From NCBI GenBank assembly GCA_964036045.1, contig OZ038378.1:142848001-142912000 (forward strand): 64,000 nucleotides of DNA, given 5' to 3'. Below the pieces are notes generated by a model. The model saw only the letters and a list, made by a program, of their open reading frames with translations, made no database searches and was not told the DNA's origin. The position numbers and the translations under genes were made by a program. Origin of the DNA: Eutreptiella sp. 'Long Island Sound 2002'. Lineage: Eukaryota; Protista; Euglenida. Of the stretch, positions 40,322-54,143 are shown piece by piece. How positions within the stretch are numbered: position 1 is the first letter of the stretch; every line of letters begins with the position of its first letter.

Positions 40322-43300
40322 GATAGGGTAGTTGTTGGGTCGTCATAGGCTCCCATTGCGGATTGTCAGTGGCGGTGCTCTGGACTTGATCAAGGGCCAA
40401 GCGACCATGTTGCAAGCTAGCTTGGACACAAGGAGTGTAGAATCGATCGTCAAGGGATTATACTGGGGACACTCCACAGAAAAGACGACTATACCACTGG
40501 TTGGAACCAGAATGGACACTAAAGAGCGGAGCAAAGGTGCATCTTACCTAATCAGTCAAGTATGGCATGTCCGGGGGAAGGTTCTCAACCATGAACGCTT
40601 CCGGGATGCTCGCGGGAATGCCGCCCCGCTTTGTGTAGGAGGATACGAGAGAGCAAAGATACAGCAAGGGGGCAAATCAAAGAAAACATGCATTGGTGAA
40701 TGACACAATCTAATGAACAGAGGGTGAACCATTAATTCTTTAGACCCCAATTTCGGTATGCCATGCATTTTCCGACATTTTCTACAAGTGGCATTGCAAA
40801 CGGAGCAAACAAAGCATTTCCACGATGTGCCTTTTGCAAGAGCATTGTCCCATCAAATTTACGTGCGATGGCATGGTAGAGTGTGTGTACGCATGTGTTG
40901 CCGCGGCTGACCCATTGTGCCATGGTCCACCAAGGTTGTTGTCACATACATCCGAAAATTGCTGATGCCCGAGCATGCAGTGTGCATTACAAATTTGGCG
41001 GCACAAGGCCTTTGACACCCCCCCCCCCCAATGGCTGCCGCATAGCACGGTACGACACAGGCGAGCGCGGGCTTTTTACCCCACCCCAACACCACCCCTA
41101 TCTGCACTTTCTCGGACCCTACCAAGAATTGACTTTTATAGCCGACCAATAGGGTGTGCAATGCGCACACACTGAGCCCAAGGCTTCTTTTTTTTGCTTA
41201 ACCTTTAGGTGGGACCCACTGTTGGTTATCTATGGGTCAAGTCCTCTTTATACCACTCCGCAACCCAAAAGCCCGCACATGACCAATTTCAAGGGTTGAA
41301 CAGTGAGGCGAAAAAGGAGGCAAGGCCACGGTGTACCGTCATGAAAGCTGCACAAAGCAAACAATATGTGGGTTACCCCCGAGAATTTCGATGCTTCCCC
41401 GCCATAGGGCTCCAGGCTGGCCTTGGGAACGATGCTTGCGGCGGTACATGCGAGGTTACCGGCTTGGGTCGGCTTGGCCAGAGGGTTAGGCTGTCCTTAA
41501 CATTCCACTCCACACTACTAGCCCCCGCATACCGTCGAAAAGATGCTCCCTATGTCTCGATTTCCGGAAACCAATGATTTTGGCCCCTAATACTCCCGAG
41601 AGCGCAACGTGACATTATTCATTTTGCTTTTACCAAAATACAATGGTCACAAGCTTCATTTTCAATGAGTTGACCATCCAACGTCAAGCTGGTGCTTCTC
41701 GGCCTCAGTACGTAGATACTCACTATCTGTAGTTGAATATTCCAGCACTAGTTTTGGAGTAATTGCTTGGCTAAGGCATGGCTCCGTATGTAGGCAGATG
41801 TTATCCCATGGTCCCAATAGCTGTGAATGCTAATTTTCAATACTTTTCCATGCCTTCTATTTCACATTAGTAATTGTGGTTCATCCATCTCTGCCGCCTT
41901 GCTTGGTCTATTCATGTTAATCAAATTTTAATCTAACCGATCAAGGTCTTACTACGTGAAGTACTTTGCACTACTTGCCGTGGCTTTTTTTTTGAGTGTT
42001 TGCAAAGCATTGTCCAAACCAATTTCTGGCAACGGAGAGATGAGCATTTTATTGAGAGTTTATTGCACAGATAGAGTGATATACAAACCATGATCCAGAA
42101 AGCGACAGGTCGGCTGGTAGTTGATAGTATGAACCACACCATGTGCGTCTAGCTTCCGCTGGTATGGCAACTTTTCAGCTGAGAAATGCCATCTTTAGGA
42201 GAAACAAAGAATAACGCAATGAAGATGGCGGACATACGTTCCGAGAGCTTGCAGAACTACTCACTTGCAATACCTTAAAGATAGATTGTTGTCACTATGG
42301 CACTGGAAACCCAATCAAGTGATAGCTTGTGCAATTCAAACTTTTGGTAGAATAGGTTCACCTTTGGAGAGAATAGCAGAAAACTGCCGCTTTGCACTCT
42401 TCATGAACGGCAGATAATTGGCCGTTTGAATGGGGTGTGAATATCCGCGCGAATTGACACAAGTTTCGAGGTTTCTTTTTTTTTGAGGAAAATGCCATAT
42501 TTTGGGTTGCTTCTGAGTGATTGGAGGGGGTAAAATTCTTGCCCCAGCTTCATTACGCATCATCCTGTGAAAGTCCTGCCTCAAACGCATCCACCATGCC
42601 CAAACGGCCCCCAAAGGGAAAAGTGCCAAAACCCGGCAAGCCTGTATCCGATTCATAGGCGTGAATTCACGTGAATTTTGTACGAATTCACGCCAAGTCA
42701 TACAAATTTCACCTTTGTGCACCCCTAATTTGTCCTAACACCCGGGCTACCCCCCCCAATGCAACTCGGCATGCACCCTCGCCACAGGAAACAATGGTGT
42801 GGGGTCGTGTTGTATTCTCATATCCGTTTCTTGCGGAACTGGAACCGGTGCTGCATGTTGGTTAGAAGCCCTCTTCTTGCACGGCTTGGCTACCTTTGTA
42901 CACTGCTGGGTCCTTGCCCATTTTGTGCCATTTTGGTCGCATCCCAACCATGCGCCGCCAGGCTATCATCAATGGTGTGGTTGTCAACACCCACTTGCAC
43001 CCCTGATCTCCCACGGAGGAGGCTTAGGCCCGCGCTGTTGCGGAAAATGCGCTTGAACCTCCGGTGGCTCCCCTCCATGGCCAAGCTGGAGAACTTTGAC
43101 AACATTCTCCAGTTCTTTGCAAAAATATACATGTGGTCAATCCAACGATGCTTCTACAGAAGTTTGCGCAACTGGAGCTCATTGTGGGCAGCCCCCATGG
43201 CTATGCTACGGCTCCGGCGCCGCCCCAAGTCGGCTCCCGAGAACCATGCCGAACGCCAAGTGAACACACACGTGCTTGCACAATTCTCCCGCCACGTCTT

Positions 43301-45039
43301 GCACACCGACTAACTTTGTCCTCCTACGTGATGCTGCCTCACACTGGGGTGTTGCACGAAAGCATCTCCCATTCCCTGTTCCACATGAAGTGGATGGCAG
43401 CAACACAATCCATCCTTACCTTCCCCTTGCTGTTTGCCTTGTCATTGTTTAATGAGGCACAGGTGCACCTTTGTGCAGCAAGCCGTGCCTCATCCAAAAC
43501 TTGTTGCAGCATGGTGTGTCCCACTGTGGCCGGTGCTTTACCTATCTAGTGTACAACTAGGTCCCGCGTCCCGTTTATGCCGCACAACAGGACACACCTC
43601 TCCCCATGGAGGCCATAATCAAGCACTCGCCTATCATTGGAACCGGTGCAATGTATAGCACATATGGCAACAGCCCCTGTCCAGTTGCCGTTTATTGCAC
43701 TTGTTGTGCCAAAGGTAGCAAGGCAAAGAGCACACCCAGCACACCGTGGCTCCGGGGGATTCTTGCCTTCCAGTTTTCGCAGCCCGCCATGACCACCTGC
43801 GCTTTCCCATCCGCGCACAGAAAAAAAGGGACTGCCTATCATTCCCTTCTGTTCCTTTAAATCTTATGGTTGCGGCCTTGCGTAACTCATCATCAAAATA
43901 TATTTCTTGTGAGGCCGCGTAGAGGGTCTCCCCCTTTTCACAGCCCCCTAGTAGACACCAACTAGATAGTTGGTTGGGGCGGGCGGTTCCAGCAAGCGTG
44001 CAATGGACGTACGAAGCCTCGATGTACTATCCACCGTAATAGGCAACCAATGCAACCGTCGGTCCCCGGGGTGCATGATGTCCAAGGGTGAGGGTGGTCG
44101 ACAGTTGTACAAGTGACCGATGCGGTCAAGGAGGTAGCAGGCCACCCCATAGATGGCCGTGTCGTCTCCCATACAGGCCGTTTACGCCCGGGGCTCCGGT
44201 AAAGCTAGCTACCGAAGCATGCCGTACACTTGTTCCCATACCACCCCGTACGTCATGCTCCCCACCATGTACCGCGCCACAGTCCCAGAGAGGTGCAACG
44301 ACGGGATCCGCCAAACGGCCATAATCAACCTCGCCTCCATGCTGGGCCCAAGCTGCACGGTCTGTAGAACTCTTGTCTCCGGGGGTAAGCACTATTTGCT
44401 CTGTGTCATGAAGCTACTTTACGGTCCAGGGTGCTGCAAGCTCCCTGGTAACAACTTGCTGGAGGTCATGTAGGCGTCTCCGTCGCGTGCGATTGGCTAC
44501 CAAATGGAACGGCTCCTTGGGTTGAGCACCGTCACCACGGCCCATGGTGTGTGGTCGAAAGCCTATGGAAATGGGGAGGATTGCATCGTAGGATTGTACC
44601 GTCCCCATGCACAAGGTGACTAAATTTGGTTTCACATTAAATTCTTACGAAATTCGTACCAAATTCGTGCGAACGTCACACAAATCTGACCCAATTCGTC
44701 CTTTTTTATCCTCTTTCATGGCTTCTTCGCATGAAACATCCTGTGGCTCGTTGCTGATTGCGTTTACTGGTTCACCTTGTTCACCAAGCTTCTGGGCACC
44801 CACACCAATCAACAAGGGAGGGCCACAAGAACAAGACTTGAAAAATACAATGTGCAATGTGCAAAAAGTAATAGTTGTAGAAAAGGACGTCACGTCCATT
44901 GCAAACTTTGCAAAGTGGGGGGGGCGGATACCACATGTCGTTTAAACTGCCCATGCCGGCATCGCCATGTGGGGGGGGCATGGAGTACTTGTATGTACAT
45001 ATATTCATATGTCAATATGTACAAATCACATTTGTGCAG

Positions 45040-46510
45040 GTTAGAAGGGACAGGAGGTCCCGATGTCAAAGGCAGAGCTACACGTCCCCCCCCGGGATCA
45101 TACCGTACCCCCCCTGGAGTAGACCTCCCGCCAAAGGAGCCCTCGGAGCTCTTCTCTTCCGTTGGCGTGAAAGTGGCATCTATTGCCGCCGCCGTGAGGC
45201 GTTGGGGGAGGGGGTACTGTTGCGCCAGGTCGTCATAGCACTGACCCCGGACAGGTCGGGCGCCACCGTCGCTACATGGACCTGCGCCCCGCTCCGGAAC
45301 GGGGCCATGCGCAGGCCCGTGGCGGCAGGCGACATCTGTGCTACGGCCGCCTCGGCCTGCCCGTGCCATGCCTCTGCCCCGCCAAGAGGAACCGAGTGCC
45401 GGCGGCGTTGGGCTCCCCCCGCCCCCCGTCTCAGCCGTCCGGCCCTCGGCCTCCCTGTCCCCCGTCGGTTCGGGTACCCTGCCCCCCGGGGACCTGGCCC
45501 GCGGCGCCTCCTACCGCTGTAAGGTTTTAACCTTGGTAATGAGGCCCTCTTTGTCGTGGCGAAGGGCGTCACGCTCCACCTCAGCGGCCCGGTGGTCTTC
45601 GTTCGCGTTAGCAAGGCGGGCTTCCAAGTCGCGTTGCGCTATCTCGCGCCGATCGCGCGGACCTCCCACGTCGCGCGCTGCCGCTACTGCTGCTCCACCC
45701 ATTCATCCACAACCCCCCTCGTCCGGTTATGTGCCGCCCGTTCTCCAGGGCTGCCTGTACGTGGGGCCTTGGAGGGGGGCGGACCTGTGTCTGCTTGGGG
45801 CGGGGAGGTTTTTGCTTCCTGGCGCGGGGGGCGGCGGGGAGGCATCCTCCTCCCGCTCAACGTCAATGACATCAACCCCCCCCCCCCATCCTGCATCCTC
45901 CCCACATGGACGCGCATGGCAAGCCATGCCACGTCCACCCACTCCGCCCTCCGCTGCTCCCACCCTGTGACCGCAGCCACCGCAATCATGCCGGCCGTGG
46001 TCACCGTCCTCTCCTCCCCAATCCCCGCCACCCTCGTCTGCACCCGCCTGTGTAGGCAAACATGCCCAGCAGCTCTTGCCCCGTGGGCAGGTTGGAACCC
46101 CCCCGGATCACAAGGGGGCAGGGGAAGGGGATGTGGAGGTCGGCCTGCAGCCCTTGGGCCTCCACGGCCAGGTCCCACACGGCTGAAAGATGCTGTTGCC
46201 GCCCGTGGAGCCCGGGCGCCTCCCTCTGCTGCCGGGCAGGTTCCGGCTGCCCGGCGGACAGGGCGACCCGGGCCAGGGGGGGGGGGTCGAGGTGGGCGGT
46301 GCCCAAGTCGTGGCGCGACGGCATGGGGATGATCACCCCACGCCCGGCCCCCTGCCCATGCCCCGCACCCGAATTTGCCTCGCGGCGGCCGCCGGCAGTG
46401 CGTCCCGAGCGGGCGGAGGCCTCGCTGCGCTCACTAGGGGCCTCGGTCGGGTCCCATCCAGCCCCGGAGCCATGGAGCCGCTTGCACTCCTCAACGGGCA
46501 CCTGCATTCA
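45040..46510 (-). mobile_element. GC-rich decayed element with a coiled-coil ORF remnant
   Basis: Abrupt GC-rich island between AT-richer flanks; fragmented frame including RREIAQRDLEARLANANEDHRAAEVERDALRHDKEGLITKVKTLQR. Confidence 0.35.
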
Positions 46511-46524
46511 CGACAGCATTGCAT

Positions 46525-46830
46525 TCACCTCCTTCCGTTCCTTGAACTCTGTGTATGCATACAGACGCAGCCTGCGAATGAGCGACTCGTGGACACTTGC
46601 ACAAATTGATTCAAAGTTTTGTCACCACCACTGCATCCGGCCCATCTGCCCAAAATTGTCAATACGAATTGCATGCTGTCGCAGGTCTTCGAATTGGTGG
46701 CACACCATTGCAAGTATGCTGCCACAGAATGGCCCGAAGTCACAAACCAGGCGCAATACGCAATCTGGTACTCCCAACAAAGAGGAGGAAAGCATCAGCA
46801 CATGACAACGGAAATATATGTGTGTCATCG
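46525..46830 (-). pseudogene. F-box-like small ORF, copy 1
   Basis: SLLGVPDCVLRLVCDFGPFCGSILAMVCHQFEDL resembles the F-box pattern LLDLP.E.L..IF.....L..VC..W..L; broken by a stop here, open in copy 2. Confidence 0.35.
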
Positions 46831-46968
46831 TTGTTTCGGTGCTGTTCTAGCACAGTTACAGCAAGATTTGTGCCTTTTGGATTTGCCTGTTGTTGGTTGT
46901 TGTGATGTGGTGTTGCGTGTTGGTTGTGGCAGCGGATAAAAGCGGCCCTCATATCCCCGCCGGTCTGC

Positions 46969-47517
46969 TCATCGCCAGCCCGTGCGCTTTGCATCCATAT
47001 GGCCAGCACTGGGACAATCGATACTAGGATTTTTATGCATCTCCCTGCAAGCAGGTGATATCCTCCATTGCATCTTGCATTGCCCGCAATCTCTTTCTCG
47101 CTGTAGCTTTTCACTCTCGGTTTCGCTTTTCCGTTTGCCGTGAGACCAAGTGCTACAACCCTGGTTGTTTTCAAAGAATTTGTTCCATTGTGCCCTGCCT
47201 TCTGGTCTTTTTCGCTTTTTCGCTTTTTCACGAAAATTTCTTGTATCCCCGTGCCTGTTTGGGAGAGCTGGTGAGCTTCTGTAATATGACATACAAGTGC
47301 GACAGTGCTCTTGCTGATCGTGTTTGTTGCAACAAGTTTTACAGATGCCACCCTCCTCGAAAAGTTTATTCCATTCTTGTCTGCTTTTTGGTTTGTACCC
47401 TTTTGCGCGTTTCAGGTGGTTGGATTGTTGAGTTGTATCTATATCCGTGAACTGTTTCTGGAATTCCGGAGATACCCTCCATTTTTCCAACCCCCCTCGA
47501 CGAAAATTTACCGGCAT
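46969..47517 (-). CDS. Cys/His-rich hypothetical protein (182 aa), possible Zn-binding protein
   Basis: CKTCCNKH...HCRTC and CGQC...C...H...C...H motifs; internal repeat QEWNKLFE / AQWNKFFE; frameshifted in copy 2 (58226-58690). Confidence 0.45.
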   Translation of the reverse strand: MPVNFRRGGLEKWRVSPEFQKQFTDIDTTQQSNHLKRAKGYKPKSRQEWNKLFEEGGICKTCCNKHDQQEHCRTCMSYYRSSPALPNRHGDTRNFREKAKKRKRPEGRAQWNKFFENNQGCSTWSHGKRKSETESEKLQRERDCGQCKMQWRISPACREMHKNPSIDCPSAGHMDAKRTGWR

Positions 47518-48984
47518 TTTTATTTTTTCAAATTAGGAAATTTTTCGAATTGTGGTCAGGGTCACGTGCACTGTGATGTTTTCTTTGCTGAATTGAAATT
47601 TTTGTTCATTTCCATTTTCTCTTTCACAGGGTCACCGATTACCAGTCCTTCAATCAATGCGGGGTCGCGCATAATAGGTACATTGTTCTTCCGCAGTATC
47701 CACGAACTTGCATGTGATGCTTCCACCCTTCCTTTACCCTTTCAAACGCGGTGGGGATTCCTAACCACCACCGACTGTACCGCACAACTCGCGGGACTGC
47801 GGCGATACAGGCAACAATCGCTTGGTACGTCACATCCATTTTGTCCTGGGCAATATTAGTGTACGTACATTGCAGAAGAAGGTCCACGAGTGTTGCAAAG
47901 GGGACCGCATTGCGGAAGGATAAATGGCCTGGTGGAACCCGGAGTATCGATGACCACTGCTCCCTCTCGCCACAGAGCTCCAATGCACGAAGAAGCAGCT
48001 CCGACACCATGGACCTCTCTCCCATAGAACCATACAATTCTCGTAACGAGCTGCGTCAAACTGATCCCTGATACCTTCCATGGGCGTCTCTCTATCCAAC
48101 GGAAATTCCATGAAGTTTACAAACCGCGTCGGCCAATTCGCCCGCTGCCAAGCAAAATCGTCAGACACCGTTCCCGGTCATGTTGGGCCCTCTGCACGAT
48201 ATCCCGTACAACAGGCGACTGTCCTGCACTTTGATGTGAAGGCATCAGGTTCCTCCCAATTTTGGGCATCTCAGTGTCTTCGGAAAGCCGCAACCGGGGT
48301 TTTCGATTTTGAAACAACTCATTCTGTTCCATTAGTCGGGTATCACGCGCGGATGTAGTGGCGCAGGGCACCCACATTTTTAAAGTGCAATTATTCTTGA
48401 GCCCTTCCTTTGTCCCTGATTGAGAATTTGCCGAGGCGGTTCCCTCGCTCAACAAGACATTCACCAACGGCGTCGCGTAGTGCAAGATGAACACTGCGTT
48501 CAACGTCCCCGGGTAGCCACATGTTCTTGGATCTGCTAAAAATCAGGCGAACCTGCCATTCAATTTGGCGTTGTGTTACTGGTCGTTTTACTTCTCAGTA
48601 GTGCGCTCTGGCCTTCCTTGATGCAGTGGCCCGTCACGCGCTCAACATTCTACAGACAAAATGTCCAAGTTCAACCACCGACGAATGAGCGTGTGAAACC
48701 TTTACATGTTCCGAAGTGACGTTTTCTGTTTAAAAATTTCGATTTCTCTGCCCTAGTCAAAAATTCACCCTGCTTCACCTTTTCGTTCTCCCTCAACTGC
48801 TCCCGTAGAAACAGGTTGCATATTCTCCACTTTTCGCTCATTGGTTCTCTGCATTCAGGCCACTTGTTCAGTGTTTCCTGCTTATCTTGAATGTGTTGCA
48901 CTGCACCAGTGCATTCAATCCACGCCGCTTCCTGCATGTGGATGTTATGTTGTCTGCAGCCATCTAATACTGCCAATTGCTGGC

Positions 48985-50127
48985 ATGGCATTTCTGATTA
49001 TGCGAATGCCTCAGCATGCATTGATCAAGGATGACGATGGAGGGTCGTTAATATACACAAAAAGAATGACACGCCTAAAATCCCAACCAAACCCAAAACT
49101 AAAAAATAAAGGCGATGTGTTTGGCTTTCAAAAACTGCCACCTGTGCGCAGCAAAAAGGGCAAGATAGTGGATAACCCTGGGGTGCCGTACAACAAAAAT
49201 TACACATTGGTGGAGCTAGGTCGTATCACCACTGATCGGAAGCCACCAACAACAACAAGGCTTGTGGTAAGGAAAACACTTGAGAGAGGGACACCAGGGA
49301 AGATCACACATGTATTAGTTGTCGTCGATCGCCATGGCAAGGAGCACGATCTCGAGTACAACTAGGAGGGTGTGCTACAGCGGCTCATACGCATACTGCA
49401 TCCAAACATTGTCCGTGTCATCGCCTACGACCTAATTGGTGATAAGCTGCTGGTATATACACCCTACTACCACGGAGGTACACTGCAAAAGCCTCTTTTG
49501 GCTCCAGACTTTCTGACACGACGGAGCCTGGCGCATATCGTTGTGGGTGGTTGGCAGGGGTTGATGTACATACATAAATCCGTGCGTGTTTTGCATAACT
49601 ACATTAAGGCAGCCAACATATTCCTCCATCAGGAGATTAGCAGCAGCTCTGTCATTGGGTTGGTGGGAGATGTAGATGGCGCATTGCCTATAGTCCCAAA
49701 ACAGGCCAACGAATATGTTCGTCAGGATGCCGTGCAGTACCTGCGGACACGGTGCCACGGCTCCCCGTTTCGTAATCACTCTGACACCCGGCGGGATTTG
49801 GCGCCTATGTTGATTGTGACGGTGAGCAGTATATTACGCTGGGGTCACGTGGACGGTGATAAACAATTTGACTGGGAGACACATTGTGTCTCCAAGCTAG
49901 GACGACAACAGGATGTGCGAGTATGGGGCTACCACCTGCCCACGCCACATAGGAACCGTGGGGTGTACAATACGTATACAGAAAGCATCAGAGATCACGC
50001 ACCCACAGACCTATTGCGTACTGAACCAGTTCTGCACCGAATTGCAAAACTAGATGACGAAAACAGCTCGCCACCATACTACAAGGTGGTGGACACCGTG
50101 GTGCATTGGCTGGGATCGTTGCTGTGA
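48985..50127 (+). pseudogene. Divergent protein kinase, copy 1 (one in-frame TAG)
   Basis: HPNIVRVIAY, LLVYTPYYHGGTL, QGLMYIH..VRVLHN(Y/D)IKAANIFL and GLVGDVDG (HRD- and DFG-equivalent positions). TAG at 49363-49365 is TAC in copy 2. Confidence 0.8.
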
Positions 50128-50648
50128 TTTTACACGTGAGTAAAATCAAAAAAATTTTACACTTCCCGAGTCCCTAAACTTGCCAACGCAATGTTTACAA
50201 AACGAGTAAGTCTCACACACAGTAGTATTGAGTGGAAACGGTGGGTTGTAGGGTCAGACTTTTGGTTCAGTTGCAGTGCTGCATGACAATTGGTTGTTTG
50301 GCTGTACAGCGAAATGACCCCAAGAACTGTTGCAGTGTCCATTTGCTCAAGCATTCTTTTTGGTCATTCATTTCATACACAATCATTTGTTGCATGTGCC
50401 TAACGGCAAGTCCAATTTGACACGTTTCCCGGTATTTACAATATTTCCCGCCTAAATGAAATCCAATGTGACACATTTCGCGGCATTTTCAGTGTCTCGC
50501 GCAATATATGGTCAACAGGCTCCATGCAGTCAATCACTTTTGAGCTTTGTGTTCCATGTGCACACCTCTCACCAGATTCTGTGTTTTGTGAGTTTTGTTT
50601 TTTCCATAGACTTCGTGACATTGTTATCGAGATGACCTACTTAATGGC

Positions 50649-52454
50649 TTGATGGCAATATATGGTCAACAGTCTGAGGGAATGGAAAAGTTTCAATCAT
50701 GGCTAGATTTTGAGGTCGCACTTACCGCGGCAAATCCCGGGATATCCACAAGAGCAGCGATCGGGAGCTTTTCTACATTCTGTACCAACCTTTGCCCAGA
50801 GTGTTCCATTGAAGGGATATGCGGGGCATCTGATGAGGACATGTGTCTGACATTCGGAAGGAGGACTGCTGAAATTGGGCCCCGTGCAACAAGTGTCCTG
50901 CGGTGTCGACTAAAAAAATTTTCAATATTTTTGGTTGCGGACGCCCATCATCGCTGGCCTAATTTCTGGCATCAAAAAGCCATATTGCGCCTGGATGACA
51001 GACGCATCTCAAAAGTAAACACTTTCCCAGCAAAAATTGCAAAATTGGGTGACCATATGCCATTACATACTGTCTTTGGAGTGATTTTTTGCGGAGTAAG
51101 AAAACATACAAATAGGGGGTCCGTCTCATCACTGCGTGATGCACTGGGCTTTCTAGATGCCTACCTGTTCCATGAGAAGGGGTTACTATTGTCAGGGGAC
51201 ACAAGCAAACGGACCGCAAAGATCATTCTCAATGAACTCAGACACAAGAACAAGTATGACATCTATGGCGCATAGATAAATTATCGTGAACATTGTCGCT
51301 GCTCAGGTGCACTATCACTGTGGACACTCAGCAAGCATATATACATCCTCAGTGCTATATTTGTAGACAAACTCAAAGCTTTCAGGTGCTGAATACGCAC
51401 AGATGATTTTGGTGTATACAGTCGAAAGAGAAGAAGACAATCTTATGGTACCGCAAGATCAACACATTTTAACCTGTCCAGTTGTTCATCTGAAATGCTT
51501 GATGTCCAAAAAGCGCACGTAATGGAAACAATGGACCCTTCCAACAGGTTGATTTCAAATTCGAGAACAACTGACATACACACATTCAACCGCAGGGAAG
51601 TCCGATCCCTATATTTGTCATGTGAAGCCCTATTAGATAAACTTCTCCTGTGTTTTCTCTTCGGAACAGGAATGCGGATTGGTGCATTTTGCAGGTTGCG
51701 AAGGGGGGTACAGATTGTGAAGGAAGGCGACACGTTGAACACAAGAGAAAAGGGTGGAAAAGTGGTGGCCTATAGGCTGTCGAGAATAATGGCCACTCTT
51801 GTAAATGAATGGATGAGCGGAGGCAATGCTAGCGACAGCTACGCCTTCCCCCATGCTACACACAAAAGTCTTCACATTTAGCCACGTCACATGAGGAAAG
51901 AATTTATGTTGATTGCAGGCCGAGCAGGTGTATGTGGGCCACATGTCCATCCGCACACAACTCGCCACACGGTCATATGGACACTCTGGGCTCTCGGTAA
52001 CCCAGTTGAGATCATATCCAAATTTCTGCACCACAGTCAGTCATCGACCATGGAGCCTTACATCAGACCAACAGATGAGGAGATGCAATGCACCATCAAC
52101 ATGCCTTGGATTGGTATTAAGAGGAATGACAAGGACAACAAAACAAAAGCGATGGAACTGTCACTGGCACTTGCTAGTCCCTTCGAGTCACAGGACGGTA
52201 AAACGTTTCCTCAAGCCCTGGAACAATACAGGAACTCACAGAAAATGGTCGCCAATCACCAACAAACGCAGATTTGCAACAAAGGTGTACACTTCACCTT
52301 ACCTGTATCCCACACGAATGTCAATCCCGTGGCAGGGCACTACACAGAGATGATGTCTGAAAAGAAACGGAGAAGAGAAGAGGGGAAGCACCTCATGCGC
52401 AAAATGATATCTGACCTTGAAAAGATCGGGAACCAGAAGCAGCGGGTTCTGTAA
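50649..52454 (+). pseudogene. Phage/XerD-type tyrosine recombinase, ~600 aa, with three in-frame stops
   Basis: ORFs 50649, 51495 and 51891 are all in the same frame, with stops at 51273, 51390 and 51879. Catalytic motifs: FGTGMRIGA (R), EKGGK (K), HPHTTRH (HxxR), FLHHSQ (H), MEPYI (Y). Confidence 0.88.
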
Positions 52455-54143
52455 TCACCAATTTTCCCTGTCACCAACACGGTTTAGGGCTAGGGGTAAC
52501 ATGGGCGAAGGTTGACATTTCGTCTCCCCTGTCGGTGTCTACACACAGTTCATGGTGTCCAACATCACTCTTATATCCACATCCAACGGGTAAAACTAGA
52601 AGGGAAACAAAGGGGAAGGGAAGGAATGCAAACGGATAGAGTTAAAGCGAAAGCGAACCCTACACGATTGCAGCATGCAATGCTAACACACAATGCATGC
52701 ATCCGCACACCCGTACTGAGGAGCGTTTGAGGATGTCTTTGTTCAATCTATGTAACAATAATGTGACACAACATGGTGCATGACAAAAAGGTACCGGAAA
52801 AGGCAAATACATGCCTACTTACTTTCTTATGTTGATACGGGGCACGTTGTGTGACATCTGCCTCAGTTGTTGCCACCATTTGCTGAACTCGCGCAGTCGC
52901 GCTTCAAATACAACAACGGATGGTATGTCGCCCGGGCTTGCATACAATCACAACTTGGGCAGATCCATGTTGGCCTGAAATTACGGAAAAATAAACAGTG
53001 CGTATGGGAATTGTGAACTCGTGACTTGGCAATGCAGATTCGCCATTTGAGCTACGTCATACCAATTTCAAACTTCCAACTTCCAACTTTGCCAGCATTA
53101 ACTCCGCCTTCATGATTCGGTTATTCAAATCCTCCTCTCTGATCTATACAAAATGAAGCAGCAGGCACAAAATGATCACCAATGATCAAAAGTCGTGCAT
53201 AAAAACCACAGACACAACAGACATACACGGTTGCGTTGAATATGAGCTGAGAAGTGTTGCTACATCCTGTCCAAGTGCGCTGCTTTCTGTGGCAAAATAG
53301 CAGGATGGTTGATCCATCGGCCACGCCACAGCAAAGGTCGGCCCTGATTCCACAGATGACATACTATTGCAGGACGTCATTGTACCCCTGTCAAATAGTA
53401 TGCAAATACGCACATCCATGCCGCCTGGCATGCTACTAGGAAACCTCGCAACAGGGACATATATACCTCAGATTGCAAATGCTGCATCTGCAAAGGTTCC
53501 ATATCCTCTGACATCAACAGGCTTTTGTTCTTCAAATATAGCACCTCGTTCATCAAAATTTGCATCTCGCTATCTTTGTCCTTGTGTGAGACAATGACAA
53601 TGCATATGAAGCACTAGGTGGTATGAAGCGCTCATTTGTTTCTGTAAACATTACGTGCAAATATTTCTCAAATTGATGGATTCGATCCAGGTACGTATCC
53701 TCACGCTTTTTACTAATTTCGAGCCGACCAGCAAGATTTCTGTATTGTCACTGAAATCAAAAGGCCAATATGGGATGGTGTCAGGACTGTACGCCTTCTC
53801 AACGTTTGGATACGCCAACAGACCTTCAAAATATCGATTTCTCTTGTTGCGGATATGTGAATTTTTTTTTTGCTTGCTCGCACCGCGGACGTTCTATATG
53901 GAAAATCTACAAGCGTGTACACAAGTGTAAAATAAATAAGTGAGTACCCGATTGCATGCTATATAACCCACACACAGACTATATGTGAATTTTCCCTTGG
54001 TCTTCGGAGATATGTTATCACATAAGGAGTCAAAGCACATAGCAGTGCGCACACAATCAGCAGTATGCCTACATGCACCGGGAAGCACATAATGCCCACA
54101 TGTTTATTCAAAGCCCTTCGCAGGATGAAAGAATTCCGAGGTA

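Larger units (their letters stand above)
46518..52454. mobile_element. Tyrosine-recombinase/kinase cassette, copy 1 (endogenous DNA-virus-like or YR-transposon remnant)
   Basis: Lower-GC, ORF-dense block with F-box-like, Cys-rich, kinase and YR genes; 46518-51251 aligns colinearly with 57691-62416. Confidence 0.65.

Noticed and set aside
43930-44600. LINE endonuclease remnant
   Set aside because: No convincing APE motifs (GDFN, SDH) could be read; left unassigned.
42660-44672. Terminal inverted repeats of a DNA transposon (GAATTTTGTACGAATT...CACCTTTGTGCA at ~42670 and inverted at ~44610-44670)
   Set aside because: Similarity is short and gapped, the outer flanks do not match, and no transposase was recognised between them.
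49363-51881. Alternative genetic code explaining the in-frame TAG/TGA codons in the kinase and YR
   Set aside because: The homologous codons differ between copies (TAG vs TAC, CGA vs TGA) and indels also occur, so this is ordinary decay.
52483-52496. Telomeric repeat marking the element end (TTTAGGGCTAGGGG)
   Set aside because: Only about two imperfect units, and similar G-rich hexamers occur elsewhere as coding linkers.
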